From: Nanobdellota archaeon
GTDB taxonomy: Archaea; Nanobdellota; Nanobdellia; Pacearchaeales; GW2011-AR1
Direction: 5' to 3'
DNA length: 50,828 bases
Assembly (NCBI GenBank): GCA_030641715.1
Contig: DAOWGX010000003.1
Coordinates: forward strand, 1-50,828
In this document: positions 9,075 to 16,313 of the stretch, piece after piece
How the letters are laid out: every line of letters starts with the position of its first letter
How positions within the stretch are numbered: position 1 is the first letter of the stretch
Translations under genes and position numbers: made by a program
Notes under the pieces: model-generated
Database searches by the model: none
Told to the model about the DNA's origin: nothing
Seen by the model: only the letters and a program-made list of their open reading frames with translations

Positions 9075-9779
9075 ATGCAAAGTCTTAGACCTTTAGAAAG
9101 CATAATGAGAAAAGAGAACGACCTGAAAAAATTCGTTATAAAATATGTTAAAAAACATCTCAAGGAAATAGTCCCCGTTGTCCTTACCACCAGCATCTTC
9201 CTAATCCTCTACGGGCTCCACAACACAGGCTTTGAAACAACCATCACCAAAATCTTAACCCCTATCTTCAACATGGTATCTTTCGTTTTCAGCCAACCCT
9301 TCCTTACCTTGCCTCTAAAATGGATACCCCTTGCACTCGCAATATTCATCATGGGATTCGTCGCGTTAGCCCTAATACTCTGGCCCTACATCCTCGTCGG
9401 AATATCGTTCATGGCACTAATCGCGAAAACTCTTTGGAACAAAACAAAAGAAAGAAAAAGGGTTGTAAAAATAATCTGGATTCTCTTCTTTGTATACATC
9501 TTCACACTTTGGTTTGCCATGGCGAACAACACCGCGAACTGGTTGCCGGGCAAGAGCCAAACAGAATACGTTCTCTACGAAAAATGCAACCCTTGGGCAG
9601 AAAAATACACTCCCGATGCAGCAAAAAAAGTGGCAGGATTACAAGTCATCAAATACGTAGAAACAGAATACGGTCTTGCCATAACCCTCGACGCCGCAAG
9701 AAAACAAAACAACTTGTGGAGTGCGGTTAAGGTAGTATGGGGTGGGGCGAAGATTTTCTTTATGAAAGGACTCTTGTAA
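9075..9779 (+). CDS. Polytopic membrane protein
   Basis: 234 aa, SD aaggagg upstream, at least 5 hydrophobic helices. Confidence 0.6.
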   Translation: MQSLRPLESIMRKENDLKKFVIKYVKKHLKEIVPVVLTTSIFLILYGLHNTGFETTITKILTPIFNMVSFVFSQPFLTLPLKWIPLALAIFIMGFVALALILWPYILVGISFMALIAKTLWNKTKERKRVVKIIWILFFVYIFTLWFAMANNTANWLPGKSQTEYVLYEKCNPWAEKYTPDAAKKVAGLQVIKYVETEYGLAITLDAARKQNNLWSAVKVVWGGAKIFFMKGLL

Positions 9780-9881
9780 AAAACGGTGTCCCAGGCAAAA
9801 CATCCCGATTCCCACAACAGCGGATACCATTTTTTTAAGATAGCAATTAGGCGAAATTTCCTAAATAAGAAAGGGACAACC

Positions 9882-10205
9882 ATGAAAAAAATTCTATGGA
9901 TAACAACTCTATTTTTATTCATTACCGTTTCAAGTGCGTTAGGAATCAGTGGTATATGTCCATTTTTATCCATAAGGTGTTTAAAACGGTCGAACGTAAG
10001 ATGGATTTATGGCCATGTAACAGATAAAAAAGAATGTTGCGCGGATGGATGTTTAGAGATTATCAAAAATAATTCCAACCGGTTAATAAAGGATAATCAA
10101 TATTGTATATTAGTTGAGCAGAACGGCGGAACCGTAGTCTTATATGTCCGTACCAACAGATATACACCGATAGAAATAATGAAACAGATTTTTTGTGATG
10201 AGTAA
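9882..10205 (+). CDS. Small secreted cysteine-rich protein
   Basis: Internal ATG of ORF 9786..10205 gives 'MKKILWITTLFLFITVSSALG' (signal peptide), preceded by aaggga. The mature part has 7 Cys. Confidence 0.5.
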   Translation: MKKILWITTLFLFITVSSALGISGICPFLSIRCLKRSNVRWIYGHVTDKKECCADGCLEIIKNNSNRLIKDNQYCILVEQNGGTVVLYVRTNRYTPIEIMKQIFCDE

Positions 10206-10258
10206 TTTTAGATTCAGCAATCGTTTTAAAAAATATTTACAAAACAAAGGAGAAAGAC

Positions 10259-10684
10259 ATGGGCAGATTTCTTAAAGGTTTAATGTTAGTATGGGGATTA
10301 TCTGTAATTGCTGCCAGTATAATCTGTATGGTTACACTAGTGTATTCCGTTATGAACGGCGATGCAAATCTCCATGGCAGAAGTTACTTCAATCAGAACC
10401 TTGTGATTCTACTCTTCTTCGGTTCATTATTCTATTCCGTAATCAGCGTACTTTTTATCTTCGGTAACGAGCGCATGAAAGAAGATGATAAAGAAAAGAG
10501 GGAGATATTCAATAAATCTAAACCTCTTGAACCTCTTGGAAGATGTCTTAATGAAAAAGAATTTCAAGAATTCAAGGAGTTGAAAGGAAAGCACCCAAGG
10601 TTCAGGCAGATAGTGAATCATTTAAACTCTTGCTCTGCGTGTATAGAAAAACAGAGGGCATACTTGGAATGTCATGAAGTTTAG
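10259..10684 (+). CDS. Membrane protein with a C-terminal Cys/His cluster
   Basis: 141 aa, SD aaggag, two N-terminal TM helices, C-terminal 'CSACIEKQRAYLECH'. Confidence 0.55.
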   Translation: MGRFLKGLMLVWGLSVIAASIICMVTLVYSVMNGDANLHGRSYFNQNLVILLFFGSLFYSVISVLFIFGNERMKEDDKEKREIFNKSKPLEPLGRCLNEKEFQEFKELKGKHPRFRQIVNHLNSCSACIEKQRAYLECHEV

Positions 10685-10727
10685 CAAAGTTATATTTTTA
10701 TGAAGCATTAAAGAAAGGAGGTTCTCA

Positions 10728-11255
10728 GTGATTAACTTTTTCAACGAACTAATAACAAGAAACAATTTCTGGCACATCCCATTCGTCCTTTTATTCTGGG
10801 GCGGATTTCTCAGCTTCATCCTATGGTTTACTCACGCATTATCACAATTCGTAGAATCCAAGATGAAGAAAAAATACGGCACAATATGGTTGCCCGTAAT
10901 CGCATGGAATGGTGTATGCAGGTTTTTTTCCAAACCAAAAAAATGGAAAAAGAAACAAATAATCATAATCGGACTATTCCTATTCATATTCCTCTTACAA
11001 CATTTTGGCTACAAAGCAGATGCAGGAAGAGGATTTTATCAAGGATGCGAGCAAGTGAAAAAAGTTCTAACGCTACAGGTCGCATTAGAACACATGTATC
11101 AAAAAGCCCAAACATCCGAAAAGAAAGTATGGTGGGAAAATCCTGTCAAATTACTTTTGAAAACAGCCAGAATAGCGGGGACAGTCAAGGACGGCGCCGA
11201 AGCAATAAACACGATAAAAGACGCAAAAGAATCTGTAGAAAATTTTGTTAATTAA
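10728..11255 (+). CDS. Membrane protein
   Basis: 175 aa, GTG start, SD aaggagg 6 nt upstream, three hydrophobic helices. Confidence 0.55.
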   Translation: MINFFNELITRNNFWHIPFVLLFWGGFLSFILWFTHALSQFVESKMKKKYGTIWLPVIAWNGVCRFFSKPKKWKKKQIIIIGLFLFIFLLQHFGYKADAGRGFYQGCEQVKKVLTLQVALEHMYQKAQTSEKKVWWENPVKLLLKTARIAGTVKDGAEAINTIKDAKESVENFVN

Positions 11256-11318
11256 ATAGTATCCTAAAACTAGTGGACATATTAAAAGAAAGAAACCAAA
11301 TCTAACGAAAGGCCGACA

Positions 11319-11636
11319 ATGTATGAAGATGAACAAGAAAAGGATGAACAAAAAAAAGTTGTAAAAACGCTCGCCGAAAAAACGAAACGTCTAGCAAGAA
11401 AAACAAAGACCGAATCTAAAAATATTAACAAAAGGAGGTTTAATAATAACATAAAACGAAAAAAGATTCGTCGTTGCGAGAGGGAAATATCAAAAGGGAA
11501 AAATTCACATCCAGCACATCCAAAGAACAACAAGAAAGTCAAAGATCTTGAAAAAAAGATAAAAAAGCATAAAAAAAGCATGAAGAGAGAATACAAAGAA
11601 GAGAGAATACAAAAATTTAGAAAGAAAGAAGCATAA
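11319..11636 (+). CDS. Extremely Lys/Arg-rich small protein
   Basis: 105 aa, predominantly K/R/E, with a weak SD gaaagg. An opposite-strand ORF (11282..11596) is the low-complexity mirror. Confidence 0.4.
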   Translation: MYEDEQEKDEQKKVVKTLAEKTKRLARKTKTESKNINKRRFNNNIKRKKIRRCEREISKGKNSHPAHPKNNKKVKDLEKKIKKHKKSMKREYKEERIQKFRKKEA

Positions 11637-11809
11637 TTTTAAAAATACCGTAACGCAGAAGGAGCTCTTAGCATTCCTTGATGATACTTATCTCGAAGAG
11701 TCTTTCCGCACCTTAAACATCGTATCGATAAAGAAAGGAGGTAATCGATACAACAAACGTAAGAGTAAAAACAACACAACAATTAATTATTAGACAAAAG
11801 GAGTATGTA

Positions 11810-12646
11810 ATGAAAAAGTTTATTTCAATCTTAGTAGTTAGTTTCATGGTTTTTTGCGTAGGTGGAAATTCTTATGCAGGTAACAATAATGAGAATACCT
11901 CCGTCGCGATAGCAGAAGGCGGGAAAGCGGAAGCAGTTGCGAGCCCGATCAATACCAACGAAGCACAGGGTGGGGAAGCGAAAGCAAAATCTAATTCCCA
12001 AGCAAATGCAGAAGCACTCGCAGGATCCTCATCCAGTTCCGGAGCAATGGCACTGGGAAATCAGGAAGTTGGCGGACAAAATGTTGAAATCTCTAAAGAA
12101 GAGAAAGTATACAGTTCCGTACTTAACGTTGCAACACAACAAGGAAAAGACGAGGCCGGCATCAATACTCCTTTTGGGGGACTCATTGATTCCAATCCTT
12201 CAGTAGACGCAAAACTCGAAAAGAAAGGCATCGTTGTAGGTGGTTACGAAGACAGGGGATTACTTGGTGGGAATAAAGATCAGGGCAAAATTGAAGCTGC
12301 AAGAGATATGCAAGCATTCAATTCAGATCTTCGAATAAAAACCGGCCGTGCCACACTCGGTGTTCTTCCAGGAACCGGGAACAGAATTGTCGATTCCCTT
12401 CTTGGAACAAAATCAGTTTGGCCAACTTCAAATTCTCAAGCCAAGGCAGTTAAATCACTCAAGAAAATTAATAATTTAGCGAGTGAAATCCTTGAAATGG
12501 AATTTAAGTTAGAAGATGTATCGAAAGAAGCAAAGATCGCTCAGCTGAACAAGAAAATTGCTGGGAAGAAGAAATCTTTGAAAAAGGAAGAAAGGCGTTT
12601 CAAATTATACAACGAGCAAAGCAAAAGAGTCATTGATATAAGATAA
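11810..12646 (+). CDS. Secreted protein with a C-terminal coiled coil
   Basis: 278 aa, SD aaggag, signal peptide 'ILVVSFMVFCVGGNSYA', an A/G/S/N-rich N-terminal half and a K/E-rich C-terminus. Confidence 0.6.
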   Translation: MKKFISILVVSFMVFCVGGNSYAGNNNENTSVAIAEGGKAEAVASPINTNEAQGGEAKAKSNSQANAEALAGSSSSSGAMALGNQEVGGQNVEISKEEKVYSSVLNVATQQGKDEAGINTPFGGLIDSNPSVDAKLEKKGIVVGGYEDRGLLGGNKDQGKIEAARDMQAFNSDLRIKTGRATLGVLPGTGNRIVDSLLGTKSVWPTSNSQAKAVKSLKKINNLASEILEMEFKLEDVSKEAKIAQLNKKIAGKKKSLKKEERRFKLYNEQSKRVIDIR

Positions 12647-12665
12647 GACTCTTTAAAACGCCGTA

Positions 12666-12732
12666 AAATTTGCCGTTCCCGAAAAGTATACACAACAAGA
12701 ACCCACAACCCAAAGTAGGGAACGGCAAATTT
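12666..12732. other. Perfect 15-bp inverted repeat with a 37-nt spacer
   Basis: aaatttgccgttccc (12666-12680) pairs with gggaacggcaaattt (12718-12732). It lies just downstream of 11810..12646. Confidence 0.8.
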
Positions 12733-12768
12733 ATTTAACCTCTAACTCAATTAAAAAGGAGACGTATT

Positions 12769-13035
12769 GTGAAACAAAATAAAAAACACTTTATGAATAC
12801 AAAGAACGAAACTATTATTTGCGGTATCATCGGCACCATCATCTTTTGTTATATGATAACGATTCCAAGAACGGTTACAGGATCAAACATAACTCTCATT
12901 AATTACCCTGTTGTTAAGTATATGATTCTCTTCGCTACCTCAATTATAGCCCTGTTCTCCGTGGCCATGTTCATAACAGCCTATCTATGCCACAAAATAC
13001 TTAATGATCCTGACAGGGATTGGATAGATCCATAA
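12769..13035 (+). CDS. Small membrane protein
   Basis: 88 aa, GTG start, SD aaggag, two TM helices. Confidence 0.5.
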   Translation: MKQNKKHFMNTKNETIICGIIGTIIFCYMITIPRTVTGSNITLINYPVVKYMILFATSIIALFSVAMFITAYLCHKILNDPDRDWIDP

Positions 13036-13103
13036 AGAAGGTTACAGAAAACGCAATTTAATTTTACAATAATATTTAATTATTAAACGAAAAAGGAGAT
13101 ATA

Positions 13104-13451
13104 ATGAATAAAATTAACATGGAAAAAACGGCAAAAATAACTTGCATTCCTTTAGGAAAAATTAAGGAAGTTTGTGGTCCCTCCCCAGAAATCTTTTCTT
13201 CCAGAAGAAAACTCGACGAAGCAAAAACTATTCGGGGAATAAACCTCCTTCTTCAATATCATCCAAATATCCACGATGAGGCTATGAGGAAACTTAAGAT
13301 AACAAACTGTAGAAAAATTCTCGACAAATGTGAAAAGATTCGCGACGAAGGAAAGATCATCAAAGGACTTATCGACGCATCAAGAATAGCTCCTGACGAT
13401 TCAGATATCAAAGGAGAAATAATCAGAAAACTCGTAGAAATTTTATCCTAA
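13104..13451 (+). CDS. Hypothetical soluble protein
   Basis: 115 aa with SD aaggag 5 nt upstream. Confidence 0.5.
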   Translation: MNKINMEKTAKITCIPLGKIKEVCGPSPEIFSSRRKLDEAKTIRGINLLLQYHPNIHDEAMRKLKITNCRKILDKCEKIRDEGKIIKGLIDASRIAPDDSDIKGEIIRKLVEILS

Positions 13452-13508
13452 AAAGCAATTTCATTGAACATTAATATCAAGAATGCTATATAAAGAAAGG
13501 AGAAGATT

Positions 13509-13874
13509 ATGTTTACAAAAGTTCACCAATTTGAGAAGAAGATTATTCCCAAAGTATTTCTTGTTAAACATTGTGGGATAATCTACGAAGCAAAAACTTC
13601 ACAGCTTGAGACGGCAAGTTCTGAAGGGTTAATATTAGGTATGGTTAGTATTATGCGCAATGGCGACGAAATATTTAAGTCAGGGTTTGTTGTCAGAGTG
13701 GATGAAGATGAAGAAAAATATCTTCACAAGATAATAAAAGTTATTCCACCCCATGTCAATCTAGAACTAAACCCTGTAGGGATATTTAAGTGTCTCCAAA
13801 AAGCATTCAACCATTACAAACCCTTAGCAATCGAAATGGGAAAACTCTATAAAAAAGCAATAAAAAGGAGATGA
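13509..13874 (+). CDS. Hypothetical soluble protein
   Basis: 121 aa with SD aaggag upstream. Confidence 0.5.
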   Translation: MFTKVHQFEKKIIPKVFLVKHCGIIYEAKTSQLETASSEGLILGMVSIMRNGDEIFKSGFVVRVDEDEEKYLHKIIKVIPPHVNLELNPVGIFKCLQKAFNHYKPLAIEMGKLYKKAIKRR

Positions 13875-13877
13875 AAA

Positions 13878-14114
13878 ATGTATACATTCCTCACTAAATT
13901 ATTTTTAATTTTTTCTGCCGGGATAACCTTAGGACTATCTTTGGAAGCTACATGTCTAAACATTGATGATCGTATCTCCCGTATAATTTCAGCAAAAAAA
14001 GGAGTTAAAAATTACAAAACGAAATCACATGTCTATCCTTGGAATTGGGTAGCAGGTTATTGGGCAATATTTTTCACATTGTGTGCGTTAATTAATTTTT
14101 CTAATTACCTTTAA
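13878..14114 (+). CDS. Small membrane protein
   Basis: 78 aa. The SD aaggag is embedded in the last codons of the upstream ORF. Two TM helices. Confidence 0.5.
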   Translation: MYTFLTKLFLIFSAGITLGLSLEATCLNIDDRISRIISAKKGVKNYKTKSHVYPWNWVAGYWAIFFTLCALINFSNYL

Positions 14115-14147
14115 GGTGCTAATATTATTACATAGAAAAGTTGATAA

Positions 14148-14195
14148 GTTGGAATTGGGAGACAGTCAGCGGATAGCCCAATTCCAACATTTTTT
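14148..14195 (+). terminator. Intrinsic-type terminator hairpin
   Basis: gttggaattggg (14148-14159) pairs with cccaattccaac (14177-14188), followed by a T6 run. Confidence 0.65.
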
Positions 14196-14229
14196 GAAAA
14201 ATAACCATATTAAAAAAGAGAGGTATTAA

Positions 14230-14361
14230 ATGCAAAAAAGAAAAGGAAAAAGAGACACGCAATATTTTCGAAAGACCAAATCAACCATCAACAAATACAC
14301 AACTCTCAGCTCAAAAACACCTTGCAACAATCACCGGCGTCCTACGCATAACAATCATTAA
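14230..14361 (+). CDS. Possible 43-aa very basic micro-ORF
   Basis: Preceded by gagagg. Translation is MQKRKGKRDTQYFRKTK... It overlaps the first copy of a 20-bp direct repeat and falls below the ORF-track length cut-off. Confidence 0.25.
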   Translation: MQKRKGKRDTQYFRKTKSTINKYTTLSSKTPCNNHRRPTHNNH

Positions 14362-14436
14362 CACCTTACACAATAAATCTCAAAGCTCAGTTCTTTCTCG
14401 CAATATTTTCGAAAGACAAATTAAAAGGAGGAGAAA

Positions 14437-14937
14437 ATGAGGACATGGATTAAAATTTGTTTAGTTATGTTTGTGCTAATCAGTTGTATTTCGATTCGGA
14501 AATATATTTCTATGCCAAAAGAAGTAACAACACCTATAAAAAATGAAATTGAGCAGGCAATCAAAGTCAAATCAACCGACAATGTAATAGAAAAAAGTAA
14601 GGGTTTTGGTTTGGGTGTGGGTGTGGGAGCTCCTCAGATTGTTTGCGATTCAACAGAGCAGTTTGTCAGTTTGGTTCCTAAAGGAGGAAGAATTTTTACC
14701 TCATTAAAACTGGAAGGAACGCTTCTTAAAAAGACTTACCTTTCTTTCATAGCAGATAGGGCGGGGGTAATTATTTATGAAGATGAATATTCTTATTCTG
14801 AAAAAGGATATGTTTATGAAGTAACAAATTATGATTGGCAAGAAGTTGTTCTTAGAAAAAAAGTAGATGAGTTACTTGTAATGATCTTTGTTTATGGATT
14901 ATTGATATTTCTTGTATTTGTAGTTGTAGGTTTGTAG
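14437..14937 (+). CDS. Secreted/lipoprotein-like protein with a C-terminal TM anchor
   Basis: 166 aa, SD aaggaggag, N-terminal 'CLVMFVLISCIS', C-terminal 'MIFVYGLLIFLVFVVVGL'. Confidence 0.6.
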   Translation: MRTWIKICLVMFVLISCISIRKYISMPKEVTTPIKNEIEQAIKVKSTDNVIEKSKGFGLGVGVGAPQIVCDSTEQFVSLVPKGGRIFTSLKLEGTLLKKTYLSFIADRAGVIIYEDEYSYSEKGYVYEVTNYDWQEVVLRKKVDELLVMIFVYGLLIFLVFVVVGL

Positions 14938-15013
14938 TTGTAGGGATATTTTTTTCGCATTCTTAAATCTCAGAAAACCAAATCACCTTCCAAACCATAA
15001 AAAGGAGGAGAAA

Positions 15014-15346
15014 ATGCCACACTTCGATAACGACGAGCCCATCGAGCATAAGATAAAAAAATTAATAAAAAAATTAGGCAATTATTATGTGGATTCGTTT
15101 TGTGAAACAGTATCTGAAATCGCTAAAGAATCCGGGAATGCAACACCTTCTAGTTTAGCAAGCTTGAGCATTAGGCTAAAAAAGAGGGGTGGAAATTTGA
15201 AGATAGGGCAACTTGAATATGGCAGTCTTTTCGATGTTATGTTAATCCTAACATTCCTGATTGAACCAAGGACTACTAAAAATCCTCCCAAAACTATCAC
15301 ATACACCACCCCGAGGAAATTTCTGAAGAAAATAAAACTGAAATAA
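15014..15346 (+). CDS. Hypothetical protein, tandem paralog A
   Basis: 110 aa with SD aaggaggag. It shares 'M(P/R)HFD', 'FC(E/K)TV', 'LKIGQL' and 'P(R/K)T..NP.K.IT(Y/F)TTP..F..KI' with 15377..15745. Confidence 0.6.
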   Translation: MPHFDNDEPIEHKIKKLIKKLGNYYVDSFCETVSEIAKESGNATPSSLASLSIRLKKRGGNLKIGQLEYGSLFDVMLILTFLIEPRTTKNPPKTITYTTPRKFLKKIKLK

Positions 15347-15376
15347 GATAAGACGAAAAAAGAAAGGAAGTAAAAA

Positions 15377-15745
15377 ATGCGTCATTTTGACGAGGTCATT
15401 CAGCTTCAAGAAGAGAGATTCATCGAAGAATTAAAGGACTCGGACCCCACAGTAGATAAGTTCTGTAAAACTGTATTCATAATCGTTGGAAAATCCAGAA
15501 GAAGATATGCAAAAAGAAGCGGTTATGTACGGCGGAGTATTCCGATTATTTTTCAGATTGCCGCCCAGTTAAGAGATATAAATAGGGACTTAAAGATAGG
15601 GCAACTTACATCAGGTAGTGAAGGTTACCTTAAATTTAAATGGCTGATAACTTCCCTGATTACACCAAAGACCGTCGATAATCCTATCAAAGAAATTACA
15701 TTCACGACACCCGAAGAATTCATGGATAAAATAAGAGAAGGGTAA
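15377..15745 (+). CDS. Hypothetical protein, tandem paralog B
   Basis: 122 aa with SD aaggaag. Paralog of 15014..15346. Confidence 0.6.
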   Translation: MRHFDEVIQLQEERFIEELKDSDPTVDKFCKTVFIIVGKSRRRYAKRSGYVRRSIPIIFQIAAQLRDINRDLKIGQLTSGSEGYLKFKWLITSLITPKTVDNPIKEITFTTPEEFMDKIREG

Positions 15746-15750
15746 AAGAC

Positions 15751-15789
15751 AAAAAAAAGGACTTTCATTAATTTGAAAGTCCTTTTTTT
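15751..15789. terminator. Bidirectional intrinsic-type terminator hairpin
   Basis: A8, then ggactttca (15759-15767), a ttaatt loop, tgaaagtcc (15774-15782), then T7. Confidence 0.65.
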
Positions 15790-15825
15790 AGCCCAACATA
15801 TTTACAAAAAGAAAGAGGTGAACTA

Positions 15826-16140
15826 ATGAGGGAGTTTCTAGATTCTTTATTTAAAAGTATACAAGGGCTATTCACAAGTACAGATTTCATCAGTAGTCTT
15901 GCATTGGGTGCGTTACTCCTCACGATTGTTTTGCTTGTAATTGGAAACAAGCCGATATTCAAAAATAAAGTATTAGAAATAGCAAAAAGAATCTCATGGA
16001 TAATTATGTTTTGTGTAGGCCAAATTATCGAAGTTCTAGTAGTTGCAATAGTGTTTCTTGTAGTGGCAGTTGTTTTCATCCTAATGATTGCATGTATAGG
16101 ACTTGCTATTTTGTTTCTTATTCATATTCCTCCATGTTAA
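15826..16140 (+). CDS. Small membrane protein
   Basis: 104 aa, SD agaggtga, three hydrophobic helices. It is flanked by two related hairpin elements. Confidence 0.5.
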   Translation: MREFLDSLFKSIQGLFTSTDFISSLALGALLLTIVLLVIGNKPIFKNKVLEIAKRISWIIMFCVGQIIEVLVVAIVFLVVAVVFILMIACIGLAILFLIHIPPC

Positions 16141-16158
16141 CTCCCCAATAGAAGAACC

Positions 16159-16200
16159 AAAAAAAAGGACCTCTTCATTAATTTGAACGTCATTTTTTTT
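16159..16200. terminator. Degenerate copy of the 15751-15789 hairpin with a T-run
   Basis: aaaaaaaaggacctcttcattaatttgaacgtcatttttttt is about 85% identical to the 15751 element, with an imperfect stem. Confidence 0.45.
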
Positions 16201-16284
16201 GGTCTAACCTATACACTATAATATCCTATATTGCAATATATATCTTAAGATACAACCTCAACCAATGAAAAACACACAACAACA

Positions 16285-16294
16285 TTTATATATT
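16285..16294 (+). promoter_or_regulatory. Putative archaeal TATA box for ppsA (leaderless)
   Basis: tttatatatt is centred about 25 nt upstream of ATG 16314, with no SD. Confidence 0.5.
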
Positions 16295-16313
16295 CTACCC
16301 TCCAAATAACTTC

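Noticed and set aside
9320-9730. Arg-rich alternate-frame ORFs inside membrane-protein genes (9320..9730, 10823..11251, 11937..12206, 48527..48991)
   Set aside because: These are embedded in longer same-strand ORFs that have SDs and coherent TM profiles. The alternate frames are low-complexity R/K/N strings.
11810-12646. Curli/CsgA-like repeat protein
   Set aside because: The A/G/S/N/Q-rich N-terminal region is only vaguely reminiscent. I could not lay out a regular S-x5-Q-x-G-x2-N-x-A-x3-Q repeat.
15768-16079. Minus-strand 103-aa ORF overlapping 15826..16140
   Set aside because: The plus-strand ORF has an SD and fits the island orientation. The minus ORF would end inside the terminator hairpin at 15751-15789.
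3850-16210. Island as an integrated virus or prophage
   Set aside because: No recognisable capsid, portal, terminase, integrase or replication gene is present, and there is no matching att-like repeat at the right end. Only a generic 'laterally acquired or degraded element' hypothesis is retained.
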